Positions 14,001-22,967 of a stretch of 23,148 nt of DNA are shown in pieces. Where the stretch lies: the NCBI GenBank assembly GCA_040260805.1, contig JBDQPD010000052.1, forward strand, positions 1 through 23,148, given 5' to 3'. The translations under genes and the position numbers were made by a program. This DNA is from Myxococcota bacterium (GTDB taxonomy: Bacteria > Myxococcota > UBA4151). The notes under the pieces were generated by a model. That model was given only the letters and a program-made list of their open reading frames with translations, had not been told where the DNA came from and did not search any database. Numbering within the stretch: position 1 is the stretch's first letter; every line of letters begins with the position of its first letter.

Positions 14001-17000
14001 GCCGCATCTCATCAATGCTCGTACATGCTTCATGGCTCGTCCTTTTCGGCGAATGGATGCTACATCGCGAGCGCTCACTGGCCGATGCAGCAGGACCCTG
14101 AGCACCGCGAGCATATGGTCCTGCGCGTGGACGACGAGCTCGTCATCCGGCCCGATGACCTGGCGGCGCAGCAAAACGCAGCCTGTTATGAGCCCGATCG
14201 CCAAGACCCTTATGAGCGCTGCAGCCGCGTGCAGGTGCTGGACGTCGAGGAGGGGCAAAACGGTCAGAGGGTGTACACACCCATCGGCACCACCCCGATC
14301 CGCTGGCGGGTGGTGCGCCCGGACTGGAACAACAACAACGCGCTCGAATTCCACGTCAGCTTGTCGCAGCAGCTCGTCGGAGCGGGGCATCACAAGGCCT
14401 TGCGCATCGTTCAGCCTGACGGTCAAACGGTCGGTCCGCCGATCGACTTCTTCGCGCACCCACCGATCCGCTGGCAGCATCAGGTGACGCGCCTGATCAG
14501 CCCGGATGACCCGAACGAGCAAGGCCGGGTTTGGGGCGGTCACCGCCTCCAACTGGACGACGACGACGCGCAAGAGGCGGTCTTTTGCGGTAACGATAAC
14601 CGGGGCGGTTTGTTGGCGGTGATCGATCGCGCCGAGCGCACCGACCCGTATCCGGATACGGTCACGGGGATCCGCCTCTGGCAGCTCGATGACGCGGCTA
14701 AGATGCCTCAAGCGAGCCGAGCCGACCTCGCCTGCGCGCTCGGTGACCTCGACGAAGACGGCCGCAAGGACTTGGTGATCCCGCTGCCGACGAGCGCGCA
14801 GAACCGGGTGCCTCGGTTGATGCTGCTGCGCGGCTTACCGGCTGCGCCCTTCTTTGATGTGGAGAACGCAGTGACCATCTTGCTCAACAGCGCGCCGAGC
14901 TTTCCGGCGCACGCGCCGTCGCAGGTGGTGGTCAGCGAGCAGCCCAACCGGATCTGGGTCTGTTTGGGCTGGTTGGATCAGCACAACGAATATCAGGGGG
15001 CGTGCGGTCAAGACGGCGCGCTGTCCGTGTTCGTTCAATCCAGCCCCTTTACGGGTAACCCGAACCAGGCGTTTGGCGCGCAAGAACGGCATGAGACCTG
15101 GCCGGTCAACCCGGTGTTTCAGGTCGCCGATCAGGTCTATTTTGAGGGCGTGGGCACCGTGACCAGCCAAGGCGCGCTGATCGGGCAGTCCAAGCCCTGG
15201 CCCGAACAGCCGCTGTCGCAAAGCGGCGCCGAGCTGCGGCACAGCTATTTTGATGAAAACACGCGCGTGGTGACCACGGTGAACGCGTCCGGTGTGGTGC
15301 GGCGCTGGGACCACCACGGCGCCTTGATCGCAGAGTTCACGGCCCCGCACGAAGCAGGCAACGCGCAGTTTACTCAAGACGGGCGCATCGCCGCGACCGT
15401 TCATGACAACGCCGTCTACGTCTGGCGTACCTCGGACGGCGCTGCGCTGTTCTCGGTGCCGGGAGACCTGGCGTCATGGGCGCCGACCAGCGCTGAGTTT
15501 CCAGACCCCGTCTTGGTCGCCGGCGATCGGGTGAGCACCAACAACGGTCTATGCAATCAAAATTGGGCGCAATCTCGACTTGATCTGCGTGTCTACCAGG
15601 CTTCGGGTGAGCTGCTGCAAGCGGTTGAGGCGGCGGTGCCGGAGTCGGAACAATCGGGTTGCCCTGGCGCTGATTATTGGCACGTCGCAGCGACCGCAGG
15701 CGCCGAACTGATCTACGCCTACCGACAGGAGCGCGCAGTAATTCAGCGGCTCAACGGGCGCACGGGTGAGCGCCTTACTCCGATGACCTTAGAGGATATA
15801 CAGCCTGCCCTCCCCAGCACGGTAGGCCGTGTTTTCGAGCGCCTGTACTTCAGCCATGACCGCGCCGTGGCTTATGCCCGGATCCAGCGAGCTTGGAATG
15901 AACCCCGGCATACGCTCAAGCTTGCCCTGCCCGGTGCGCAGACGCTGTGGGAGATCTGCGCTGGAAACGAAGGCGCTGGGTGCTCGTCGCTTCTCAACGC
16001 GGGCACGCTTTTGGTCACACGCGACGAGCGCTCCGTCGCGCGGGCTTATAACGAGGGCCGCGGGGTAACCTTATACGACAGCTCCACGCACACCTGGCAG
16101 GGGCAGCCTTATGACCCGAGACTTCATGTCGCCCTGGCGGGTCAATCCAGCGGCGGTAACTATCTGTTCTTGACCGAGTGGGTGTATAACTTCGCCGATG
16201 CGCGCCGCAACCTCCACGTCTACCCGAGGGATCCGACCGTCGGGGGGTTGGTCCCCGTGACCTACGCCACCGCACAGCGGATCACGCAGCGCGCCAAGCG
16301 CCCTCATCACCCAAACTTTCACTTCTCAGCGCACCTTGTCCCGCAGCAACGCGATGATGGGGACCTGATCATCTTGCCGCGCAGATTGTACCGTAACGGA
16401 CGCACGAATCCGTTCTACAATGATCAATCTTTCGGGGGTCAATGGGGTCACGCTGATTCGATATCTTACCACACCATCGAAACTTTTATCGCCGGTGATG
16501 GCGAGATCATCGTGGCGCGACCGAGCACGTGGCGACCGCTGTGTGGGAACGCTCAACTCGACGAGGGCGAGCTGAGCGATGAGGGGCAGCCGTGGCGAGG
16601 GCGTTGGGACTGCGGCGCGTCGTTGCAGGCGCGCTGCGGCGACGGCGCTTTGGACCCAGGCGAAGCTTGCGATGACGGCAACGACCAGGCAGGGGACGGC
16701 TGCGAGGGGTGCCTGCGCGTCTTCGCTGGTTTACGCCAGGATGAGCCGGTCGCTTCATGCGCTGCGCTCAGTGATGAAGCCGCCTCGGGGAGCTATTGGG
16801 TGGGGCAGCCGGGTGACGCTCGCTTCACCTATTGCAAGCGAGCCAACGGCGTCTGGTATGAGCTCGTGGCGCGCTTTGCAAACGCCGACGGGGCGCAGTG
16901 GCGAGGGGCTCACTGGACTTCGCGTGAGCACAGCTTCGGCGACTGTTCCTCGCTTGAGACGGGGGCGACGGCGCGTGATTGTCGCTCGAGGGGGTGGGAT

Positions 17001-17435
17001 CGCGTGCGCGGCAACGAGCTGCTCATCGCCGAGCACTTAAATTTGAACGACCAGGTGTATGAGGGGCTGCGCGTCTTTCGCCTGACGCAGCCCGGCACCC
17101 TGTCCGAGCTCGCTCAAGCGCCTGCGAACACCGACCTTTTGGCGAGCACGCAGCTTCTTGAAGGGGGCGACAACACGCTCGCTTTCGCAACCGTTGATGA
17201 CCCGCCGCACCTGGTCGTCAACTATGACCTCGGCGACGACGGCTGTCACCTGGCGACGAGCACCAACAGTGGTCAGTGCACCAGCGGCTTAGCTTGTCGG
17301 TTGAACAACAGAAACGAGTATTGCTTTGGAGACGTGAACACCGACCAACGGGACACCCGTAATTACGGCTGGTTTAGTCGGTACGGGATGACCGAGCAGA
17401 CGGTGCACCTCTTCATCCGGCCGCTCGAGGACTGA
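11058..17435 (+). CDS. Giant (2125 aa) multidomain surface lipoprotein/adhesin: Ig-like repeats, FG-GAP motif, propeller-like region, Cys repeats and a fibrinogen-like C-terminus
   Basis: GTG start; signal ends GAIA|CG. Repeated invasin/Big_1-like motifs (D..GNP..G..V and [ST]D..G.......AG). GDLDEDGRKDLVI lies at ~14742. WD40-like VRRWD and VYVWR occur at ~15300-15430, CGDG...CDDGN at ~16635, and SCAAL...SGSYWV...FTYC...WYELVAR from ~16755. Confidence 0.88.
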   Translation: MFRNLVWLGLLGAIACGVGTLPELPAAATEDTPNKVEILGVWPAQGDDQIVPAMLVVGRAYKLKLRVSGLGDVLLPSEPLVASIESESFERVISFPRGNTCITPAEPESADDEGVCTIVFYAEGLVRDVGIMVRAQRALAVTKSIDLELRADLASARLRFMVPGVGTATWFPGDADPLPALQAMGLSLEEDQATPLVIELKDAYDNPLVGQRVELADWLEPQAPVQPEPDAGVVDDGGVSTDVLVSEAGAVDTLIVDASWMDSGYRDAAVDDAGDVGAITDTSSQDAPSRVLPDASLRSDVDALGDGRGLASGRLADGRVAVYRHDGTRCGIEVDNDARHEVLSDALGRATFCLKAGEILGAWQLVIKLDELIDPQTIAARSQDGFVLSGRTRAGEPERLVLLGHDDEGDEPLTRCEAGDVTPLEYFQVLSASGRPVAGALVQIRTEGGVRLQSFASPVSDDQGRVVVQVSCPITMPNRSVIFAELDGAAAGDVRKRAQLFVRLEVQQIERLRLMVDQPGQSALGIGRARALEPFYFRVLAEGTRGTPAVASRLNLSVVASQPNNQLMALVNGQCVPAAERNLHGQSLYTDSDGFVRFGLCATGLSTVLRPMSLLVSAHGQTARLTVPITLVAGDPVRVAADPPGRVSTMVGGAAGALDVVVLDEAGNGVPGAVVEVVRPPEVELTRTQGQTNAVGRFSTWISAVTRAGAFDLTLRARKGDWSAIAVKTVAAGVGGAERIRFVQNNLTLNPVLGASTVEVAVGESIARPLTLRLENRVGGGVTGEGIAASLVEGEPNACGRVGLEGRVTDDAGEVIFGGEGGVALEAGPTVTECIWQFSAGIEVQARLRLRQVAGAPFGGRPEVDEGTSLTALQQAPSDWHQEGITAGVQVRAQDRFGNPLAGLRMWLNATNCWIQQPLQRLDEHGRGTWRVAGGRDHNQPCTLHMRYAAGDWQGAQPLVIPIRGLPVPTIQWLDRFLGETAASHQCSYMLHGSSFSANGCYIASAHWPMQQDPEHREHMVLRVDDELVIRPDDLAAQQNAACYEPDRQDPYERCSRVQVLDVEEGQNGQRVYTPIGTTPIRWRVVRPDWNNNNALEFHVSLSQQLVGAGHHKALRIVQPDGQTVGPPIDFFAHPPIRWQHQVTRLISPDDPNEQGRVWGGHRLQLDDDDAQEAVFCGNDNRGGLLAVIDRAERTDPYPDTVTGIRLWQLDDAAKMPQASRADLACALGDLDEDGRKDLVIPLPTSAQNRVPRLMLLRGLPAAPFFDVENAVTILLNSAPSFPAHAPSQVVVSEQPNRIWVCLGWLDQHNEYQGACGQDGALSVFVQSSPFTGNPNQAFGAQERHETWPVNPVFQVADQVYFEGVGTVTSQGALIGQSKPWPEQPLSQSGAELRHSYFDENTRVVTTVNASGVVRRWDHHGALIAEFTAPHEAGNAQFTQDGRIAATVHDNAVYVWRTSDGAALFSVPGDLASWAPTSAEFPDPVLVAGDRVSTNNGLCNQNWAQSRLDLRVYQASGELLQAVEAAVPESEQSGCPGADYWHVAATAGAELIYAYRQERAVIQRLNGRTGERLTPMTLEDIQPALPSTVGRVFERLYFSHDRAVAYARIQRAWNEPRHTLKLALPGAQTLWEICAGNEGAGCSSLLNAGTLLVTRDERSVARAYNEGRGVTLYDSSTHTWQGQPYDPRLHVALAGQSSGGNYLFLTEWVYNFADARRNLHVYPRDPTVGGLVPVTYATAQRITQRAKRPHHPNFHFSAHLVPQQRDDGDLIILPRRLYRNGRTNPFYNDQSFGGQWGHADSISYHTIETFIAGDGEIIVARPSTWRPLCGNAQLDEGELSDEGQPWRGRWDCGASLQARCGDGALDPGEACDDGNDQAGDGCEGCLRVFAGLRQDEPVASCAALSDEAASGSYWVGQPGDARFTYCKRANGVWYELVARFANADGAQWRGAHWTSREHSFGDCSSLETGATARDCRSRGWDRVRGNELLIAEHLNLNDQVYEGLRVFRLTQPGTLSELAQAPANTDLLASTQLLEGGDNTLAFATVDDPPHLVVNYDLGDDGCHLATSTNSGQCTSGLACRLNNRNEYCFGDVNTDQRDTRNYGWFSRYGMTEQTVHLFIRPLED

Positions 17436-17437
17436 GC

Positions 17438-19333
17438 GTGCGCCGGCTTCTTGCGCTGATCGTGCTCTCGACGGGCTGCGCTCAAGCCGACGGTCTACGC
17501 GTGGTGGAGCCACCCGATGCCGCCGTCTCGATGGGGCGCTGCGGTGATGGGGTCCTCGATGATGGCGAGCAGTGCGATGACGGCAACGCGCGCAACGACG
17601 ACGCCTGCACGAGCGCGTGCGAACTCGCCGCCTGCGGCGATGGGATCGTGCGCGCTGATGTGAGCTGGGGGCAGGATGGCTTTGAGCAGTGCGACGACGG
17701 CAATGCCGTGGCGGTGGATGCCTGTACGAACGCCTGCCGAAAGGCGCGCTGCGGCGATGGGTTGGTGCGCCAAGACAAGGGCGAGAGCGAGCTCGGGTTT
17801 GAGGCTTGCGATGACGGCAACGCGAGCGACGCCGACGCGTGCCTGACGACCTGCCTGCAGGCTTCGTGCGGTGACGGGCTGCTGCGCACGGACCTCACCG
17901 AGTCCGATGAGGGTTATGAGCAATGCGATGATGGCAACCGGTTGGACTCGGACGCGTGCACCGCTGCCTGCGAGCGGGCGGGCTGCGGTGATGGGTTGGT
18001 GCGCTCGGATCTGCCCGCCGATCACCCGGATTTTGAAGCCTGCGATGATGGCGACGCTGATGATGCCGACGCGTGTTTATCGGATTGCCGCGTCGCACGC
18101 TGCGGCGACGGGATCGCACGGCGTGACCTCGAGCCGGGGCAAGCGGACTTCGAGGGCTGCGATGACGGGAACGACGTGGAGACGGACGTCTGCCTGAGCG
18201 ATTGTCAGGTTGCCCGCTGCGGTGATGGCGTGGTGCGCGCAGACCTTGCGCCAGGTGACGCTGAGTTTGAGCGCTGCGACGATGGGAACGACTGGGCGCA
18301 CGACGGCTGCGCTGCGTGCCAGCCGGCGGGCGATACGATCCATGCCGTGAGCGTGAGCGCACAGGGGAGCTGCGCGCACCGCAGCGACGGCAGCACCTGG
18401 TGCTGGTCAGGCGCTGCGCCGGTTCGGCAATCGCTGCCGCCGCTTCGTCAGATGGTCGGCGACACGGCGGTTTGGGTCGATGGTCGCGTGGCGCGCTGGG
18501 TTCGAGACGCCGCCGAGCTCAGCGTGGTGCCCGGGCTCCACGATGCGCGCCGGATTGCGCGCGGCGCAGCGCATACCTGCGCCGTGGTGGTGTCTGGGCG
18601 CGTCTTTTGCTGGGGCGAGAACACGCACGGTCAGCTGGGCGATGGCTGGGTAGGCGCTGAGCGCGGCCAGACCTTGCCGGTTGCGGTGCAGCGTTTGGAC
18701 GACGCCGTCGATGTCGTCGCTGCCGGTAGCACCACCTGCGCCGTGCGCCGTGACCAGACCATCTCGTGCTGGGGGGCGCTCAGCGCAGGGCTGCTCAGCT
18801 GGGATGCGGTGGAGGCGACCGATCCTGTCGCCGAGCCGCGTCCGCGTTCGGTGGTCGGCGTCGCCAGCGTCATCGATCTGAGTTTAGGCATGTATGGCGA
18901 CGGGTTTGGCGCCTGCGCGCGCACCGATGAGTCGGAGATGCGCTGCTGGGGCGGTACACCGTACACCGAGGACGAGGTGCTGGCGCGCTCAAGGCATTAC
19001 GCCTGTGGCTCGGGGACAGCCTGCCAAGGCTGCATCGTCCGCCCGACGGGGCAGGTATTTTGTGCGGGCGAGAACACCCACGGTCAGCTGGGCGTCGGGT
19101 CGCGCGGTGAGCCAAGCACTGACCCGGTCAATGGGCTCCCACCGATCCGCCAGGTTGCGGTCGCCGCGCGCCACGTCTGCTCCCGCTCACGCGATGGCGC
19201 CGTCTACTGTTGGGGTAGCGAGGAGGGCTTAGCGCAAGAAGCGCCGGATCATCACTGTGATCGAGTCGAGCAAGGTCGGTGCGTGGGCGAGAAGCGCTAC
19301 GCCGCCCTCCCGCTGCAGGTCGTGTTCGACTAG
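17438..19333 (+). CDS. Lipoprotein with 7 Myxococcus cysteine-rich repeats and C-terminal RCC1/BLIP-II-type propeller repeats
   Basis: GTG start 2 nt after the previous stop, with a GAGGA RBS; signal ends VLSTG|C. Seven CGDG...CDDG units. RCC1 motifs are HTCAV...GRVFCWGENTHGQLG, VFCAGENTHGQLG and HVC....GAVYCWG. Confidence 0.92.
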   Translation: MRRLLALIVLSTGCAQADGLRVVEPPDAAVSMGRCGDGVLDDGEQCDDGNARNDDACTSACELAACGDGIVRADVSWGQDGFEQCDDGNAVAVDACTNACRKARCGDGLVRQDKGESELGFEACDDGNASDADACLTTCLQASCGDGLLRTDLTESDEGYEQCDDGNRLDSDACTAACERAGCGDGLVRSDLPADHPDFEACDDGDADDADACLSDCRVARCGDGIARRDLEPGQADFEGCDDGNDVETDVCLSDCQVARCGDGVVRADLAPGDAEFERCDDGNDWAHDGCAACQPAGDTIHAVSVSAQGSCAHRSDGSTWCWSGAAPVRQSLPPLRQMVGDTAVWVDGRVARWVRDAAELSVVPGLHDARRIARGAAHTCAVVVSGRVFCWGENTHGQLGDGWVGAERGQTLPVAVQRLDDAVDVVAAGSTTCAVRRDQTISCWGALSAGLLSWDAVEATDPVAEPRPRSVVGVASVIDLSLGMYGDGFGACARTDESEMRCWGGTPYTEDEVLARSRHYACGSGTACQGCIVRPTGQVFCAGENTHGQLGVGSRGEPSTDPVNGLPPIRQVAVAARHVCSRSRDGAVYCWGSEEGLAQEAPDHHCDRVEQGRCVGEKRYAALPLQVVFD

Positions 19334-20469
19334 CGGTTGCCGCAATCAAAGGTGTTGAACACGTAGCCCGTGAGCGTCGGGATGTCCGCCTCACCGGCTA
19401 AGCCAGCGAGAAAGGCTGCCGAAGCGGTCGGGTCCTTCTCGGCGAAGGGGCGATCGAAGAGCGGCGCCACCGTGCGCACAAACTCGAGCGCGCCGGCACG
19501 GTAGAGACCAGTTGAGCAATCCGCATGGTCGAGCTCGTCCTTGATGATGGCGGCGAACCCTTGAATCAAGGCGCGGTCTAGCTGGTTGACAGCGCTGAGC
19601 TGCATGCCTTCATTTTCAGCGGTTTCGGCGCTGTCGAGGTCTCGCCAGCAGCGAATAGCGAGGTTGCCGTCAAAAGCCTGGTTGTAGGTCTCAGGAGCGA
19701 CCCGCTTGATGGCGCGACCCAACCCAATGGGGTTGTCTCGGTCGGTGCCGCCGGTGTGGTACGCCCATGAGCTGTCGCAGTCCTTAGCCTTTGACGCGCA
19801 GCTCACGCCTTCTTTGACGGCTGAGACGTAAAAGAACCACATCAAGGCGGCGCGAATGCGAGCCGAGTTGAGCGCCGGTTCGTTGCCTTGTCCGCCTTGC
19901 AAGAACGCCTCATTGATGATCGGCTCAAGCGTGGCTGGACCAACGCAATACTCTGGATACAAAGCGGGAACTCCCTCATCTTGGCAGCTCTCACCGTTGG
20001 GTGGTTTGGGGTAGTGCGTGTCGTATCGACGCGCCACCCGTGAGCCGACGCCGCTGTCTTCCGCATAGATCAGTTTGGCTTGAACGAAGTCGTCGACTGA
20101 AGGCGTGATCGAGTGGTCCCAAAGCAGCGCACCAATACGGTCAAACGCTTCGACGCGAGCGACAGAAGACGGCGTGCTTTCACCGGCTAAGTGATAGGTG
20201 TTGTCGTCGCTAATGCAAGCCGCCCAGCTGTCATCGGCGGAACCATTTTCACGCGGCAAATAGGCGTCATTGGCGACGCTGCAGGCTCCGAGGTCTTCGT
20301 TCGGGTCGGTGGTGCAGTCGGTTCCGTTGTCGGCGCCTGCATCAGCTGCTGCTCCGGCGTCGCTGAGCGGCGCGAGGCCCGCATCCGGCGTTTCAGGGTC
20401 TGCTTTTGGGCAGCCTAACAGACAAAGCCCCAGAGTAATCGCTGAGAGGTTTTGGATTGATTTTCTCAT
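19330..20469 (-). CDS. Helical lipoprotein coupled to the TonB-dependent receptor; possibly an FEA1/imelysin-like metal-uptake protein
   Basis: ATG overlaps the receptor's TGA (ATGA). Signal ends LCLLG|C, followed by a DAG linker. Motifs include WFFYVSAVKE, DSSWAYHTG and ALIQG. The CDS is secure, but the function is inferred. Confidence 0.75.
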   Translation of the reverse strand: MRKSIQNLSAITLGLCLLGCPKADPETPDAGLAPLSDAGAAADAGADNGTDCTTDPNEDLGACSVANDAYLPRENGSADDSWAACISDDNTYHLAGESTPSSVARVEAFDRIGALLWDHSITPSVDDFVQAKLIYAEDSGVGSRVARRYDTHYPKPPNGESCQDEGVPALYPEYCVGPATLEPIINEAFLQGGQGNEPALNSARIRAALMWFFYVSAVKEGVSCASKAKDCDSSWAYHTGGTDRDNPIGLGRAIKRVAPETYNQAFDGNLAIRCWRDLDSAETAENEGMQLSAVNQLDRALIQGFAAIIKDELDHADCSTGLYRAGALEFVRTVAPLFDRPFAEKDPTASAAFLAGLAGEADIPTLTGYVFNTFDCGNR

Positions 20470-22748
20470 AATTTACTCCCGATTTTTGGTCGGTAATTGA
20501 GTCCAAGTTTGAGCCCGCGTGCGGGACCGTTAACCGCCGAGCCATGATAACGATACACGGCGTCGGTTAGGTTCTCGGCGACCAAGCTTATGGTCCACGC
20601 TGCGCCAAAACGGTAGCCCATGCGAAGGTCAGCGACCACAAAACCTGGCGTGCCGCCCGCCGGAATGCGCTCGTCGGAGGTATCAGATAAAGCGAGCTGG
20701 TCTTGAAGCATCGCCCAGCGAAGGCCCAGTCCAGTGTACCAGCCACGTCGCTCGCCCGGGCGCCAGCGCAGCTCAAAAGTACCGTTGAGCGGTGGAATGC
20801 GCGAGAGCGGAACCCGGGCTCGCTGGTCAGCACCGACTGCTGAGCTCTGAAGCGCTGGATTGGGGCCTTCACCGATCGCCCAGGCAGCCGTGGTGCGAAG
20901 ACGAAGCCCTTTGACCAGCTCGACCAAGATGCCGCCCTCTAGACCATGAATCCAGGATGAGTCCGCAGCGTTGATAAGCTGAAAGCGTGTCCATGAAGCC
21001 TCGCAGCCTGGCGTCTCGGGTGGACAGGCTTCTGGGGGCAGTGGTCTGCGCACGATCGCCTCGGCGAGCTCGGTTCGAAAAGCCCATAAATCCCACTGCA
21101 GCGCTCGTGAGCGCCGGGTGATTCCTAGTTCGAGCGTTTGGGCGCGCTCTGGCTTGAGCGCCACATTTTCAAACTGAAAGCCTGGGCCTGTAAATTGTCG
21201 GCTCGTGAGATCATCAAGGTTAGGCGCTCGAAACGATCGGTCAAAGGACAGGTTGATGGCGTCGACTCGACTCAGCTTGAGCTTGGCGCCGAGATGCCCG
21301 GTGACAGGATGCCACTGGTTGTTGACGTCGAGTGAGCCCGATTCTGGATCGCCCTTCGCCTGGGCGTTCACCCAAGAACCGCGCAGCCCCGCGAGCACCG
21401 AGAGGGCTCTCCACTCAACGTGCGTATCGGCAAAGACGCCGCCTTGTTGATAGCGCGCGTCGTTGAGGTACTGGCCGCGACTTCGCTCGACGAGGACCTG
21501 CAGGTCGGTCAGCTCAGTCCAGGCTCTCGAGCTGATCACGTCGGCGTAGTGATCGACCCCGAACTGCGTTTTGAGTTTGAGTTTTTTAGCTAAAGGATAG
21601 GCGAGCGTGTGTCCCACCAGCTGAACCCCGAGCGTGGTCACCCCATCGCGACCGGTGTGCTGAACAAAGGAGTTAGGTCGATCCAGTCTTTTGCGCTCAT
21701 GCTGCTGCTGCCAAGACAGGGTGAGTTGAGTTCGCTTGATGATCGGCACACGGCGCGTCTGGGCTTTGACGTAGGCGAGCGTTCGAAACTGCTCTTCGTA
21801 CACCATGCACTCATTATAAGGCGCATAGGCAGCCGGACACTGATCGGTACGCGGCGCATCGTATTGTCGGTATCCATAGACCGCTACGCTCAATTGATCT
21901 TGTGGGCTAGGCTTCCAGTCCAGCCGTGAGTCAAAGGTGAGCTCATCAAACCCTGTTCCGGCTTGAGTCCGGTCATCGTCGCGCAGCATCGGCACCAAAA
22001 CCGGCTCGTTGGTTTCTGGCGCAAGCAAGACCCCGCCACCCTCGAGCTCTTCGACTTGACGCCCTCCAACGCCTACAAGAAACCGAAGGTCCTTGCCGTA
22101 GCTCATGGCGAGCTGAAGGCGACCTCCTCGGCTTTGGTCTGCGCTGGCGCCGGTTAGGGTGAGACCAGGCACGACCTGTAGGACCCCATCGGGCGCACGC
22201 GGCGCGAGCAAAGGACGAGCAGCGATCACGCCGCCGATGGCGTCTGAGCCATAGCGCGTCGAGGCGCCTCCTCGCTGAACCATGATGGACTCGATGGTTT
22301 GGGCATCGAGCGTAAAGAAGTACTGGTTGGGTCCTTGCCGATAGGTTGAGTTGTTGAGCCGGACGCCATCGAACATCAGCAGCGTTTGTTGTCCTGTGAC
22401 CCCGCGAATAAAGGCCGAGCCCTGGGCATGCGCGGTCTTTTGGACGAAGACTCCAGGTTCATAGCGCAGGGCATCGGGCGCCGAGCGAGGCTGGCGCTCG
22501 ACCAGGTCGTCGCGGGTGACTGCCGTTGCGGCGCGCTCGACGCCGCTGTCGCGTGTGGCTGAGCGTTTGCCCTTGATCGTTGTACCCATTGCCTCGGGCG
22601 CGTCTGCGGTCGCGCTTGGGCTGTCGCTGCTCGGTGTCTCGGGTTCGTCAGCTGAGGTCTGAGCCACGGCGGTGCCGCTTAAACCGAGGGCTAGACTCAC
22701 CGCACAGGTCAGCCATTTCGCCGGGTTGTGGAGTCGACCGGTTTGCAT
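20466..22748 (-). CDS. TonB-dependent outer-membrane receptor
   Basis: Likely ATG at 22748 (MQTGR...SLALGLSGTAVA|Q signal) rather than the track start at 22820. Plug motifs are DALRYEPGV, IRG, DGVRLN and RGGASTRYGSDAIGGVI. Barrel motifs are SFRAPNLDDL, LKPERAQTLELG and ENLTD..Y......GPAR. Confidence 0.96.
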   Translation of the reverse strand: MQTGRLHNPAKWLTCAVSLALGLSGTAVAQTSADEPETPSSDSPSATADAPEAMGTTIKGKRSATRDSGVERAATAVTRDDLVERQPRSAPDALRYEPGVFVQKTAHAQGSAFIRGVTGQQTLLMFDGVRLNNSTYRQGPNQYFFTLDAQTIESIMVQRGGASTRYGSDAIGGVIAARPLLAPRAPDGVLQVVPGLTLTGASADQSRGGRLQLAMSYGKDLRFLVGVGGRQVEELEGGGVLLAPETNEPVLVPMLRDDDRTQAGTGFDELTFDSRLDWKPSPQDQLSVAVYGYRQYDAPRTDQCPAAYAPYNECMVYEEQFRTLAYVKAQTRRVPIIKRTQLTLSWQQQHERKRLDRPNSFVQHTGRDGVTTLGVQLVGHTLAYPLAKKLKLKTQFGVDHYADVISSRAWTELTDLQVLVERSRGQYLNDARYQQGGVFADTHVEWRALSVLAGLRGSWVNAQAKGDPESGSLDVNNQWHPVTGHLGAKLKLSRVDAINLSFDRSFRAPNLDDLTSRQFTGPGFQFENVALKPERAQTLELGITRRSRALQWDLWAFRTELAEAIVRRPLPPEACPPETPGCEASWTRFQLINAADSSWIHGLEGGILVELVKGLRLRTTAAWAIGEGPNPALQSSAVGADQRARVPLSRIPPLNGTFELRWRPGERRGWYTGLGLRWAMLQDQLALSDTSDERIPAGGTPGFVVADLRMGYRFGAAWTISLVAENLTDAVYRYHGSAVNGPARGLKLGLNYRPKIGSKL

Positions 22749-22967
22749 TGATGACACCCTACCACCTGATAATAGCCTAATGCATTGAGCGGCTCGAAGG
22801 TTAAAAACCCCCCGCACCAAAATCGTTGAGCGTCATCAAAGCTTGGAGCCGATCAGGTTGTCGATTGGATTGGCTCTGGTGTACGTCGAAGCCTTGAGTC
22901 GCGTCGACGGCTGCTTGATCCAAGGGCTCCGCATGGGCAGACTAAGCCTCGTCCTTGGAGATTAACG

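Noticed and set aside
12348..15404. Long minus-strand ORFs (258, 180, 179, 317 and 189 aa)
   Set aside because: They are antisense to the 2125-aa gene, have no recognisable motifs, and are expected in GC-rich coding DNA.
22767..22786. Fur box upstream of the TonB-dependent receptor
   Set aside because: Only one TGATAAT half-site is present (about 8/19 match to the E. coli consensus). The AT-rich patch could simply be a -10 region.
22749..22820. ORF-track N-terminal extensions (22820, also 3860, 1466 and 10876)
   Set aside because: Downstream starts place signal peptides at the N-terminus and in most cases have an RBS or stop-start coupling.
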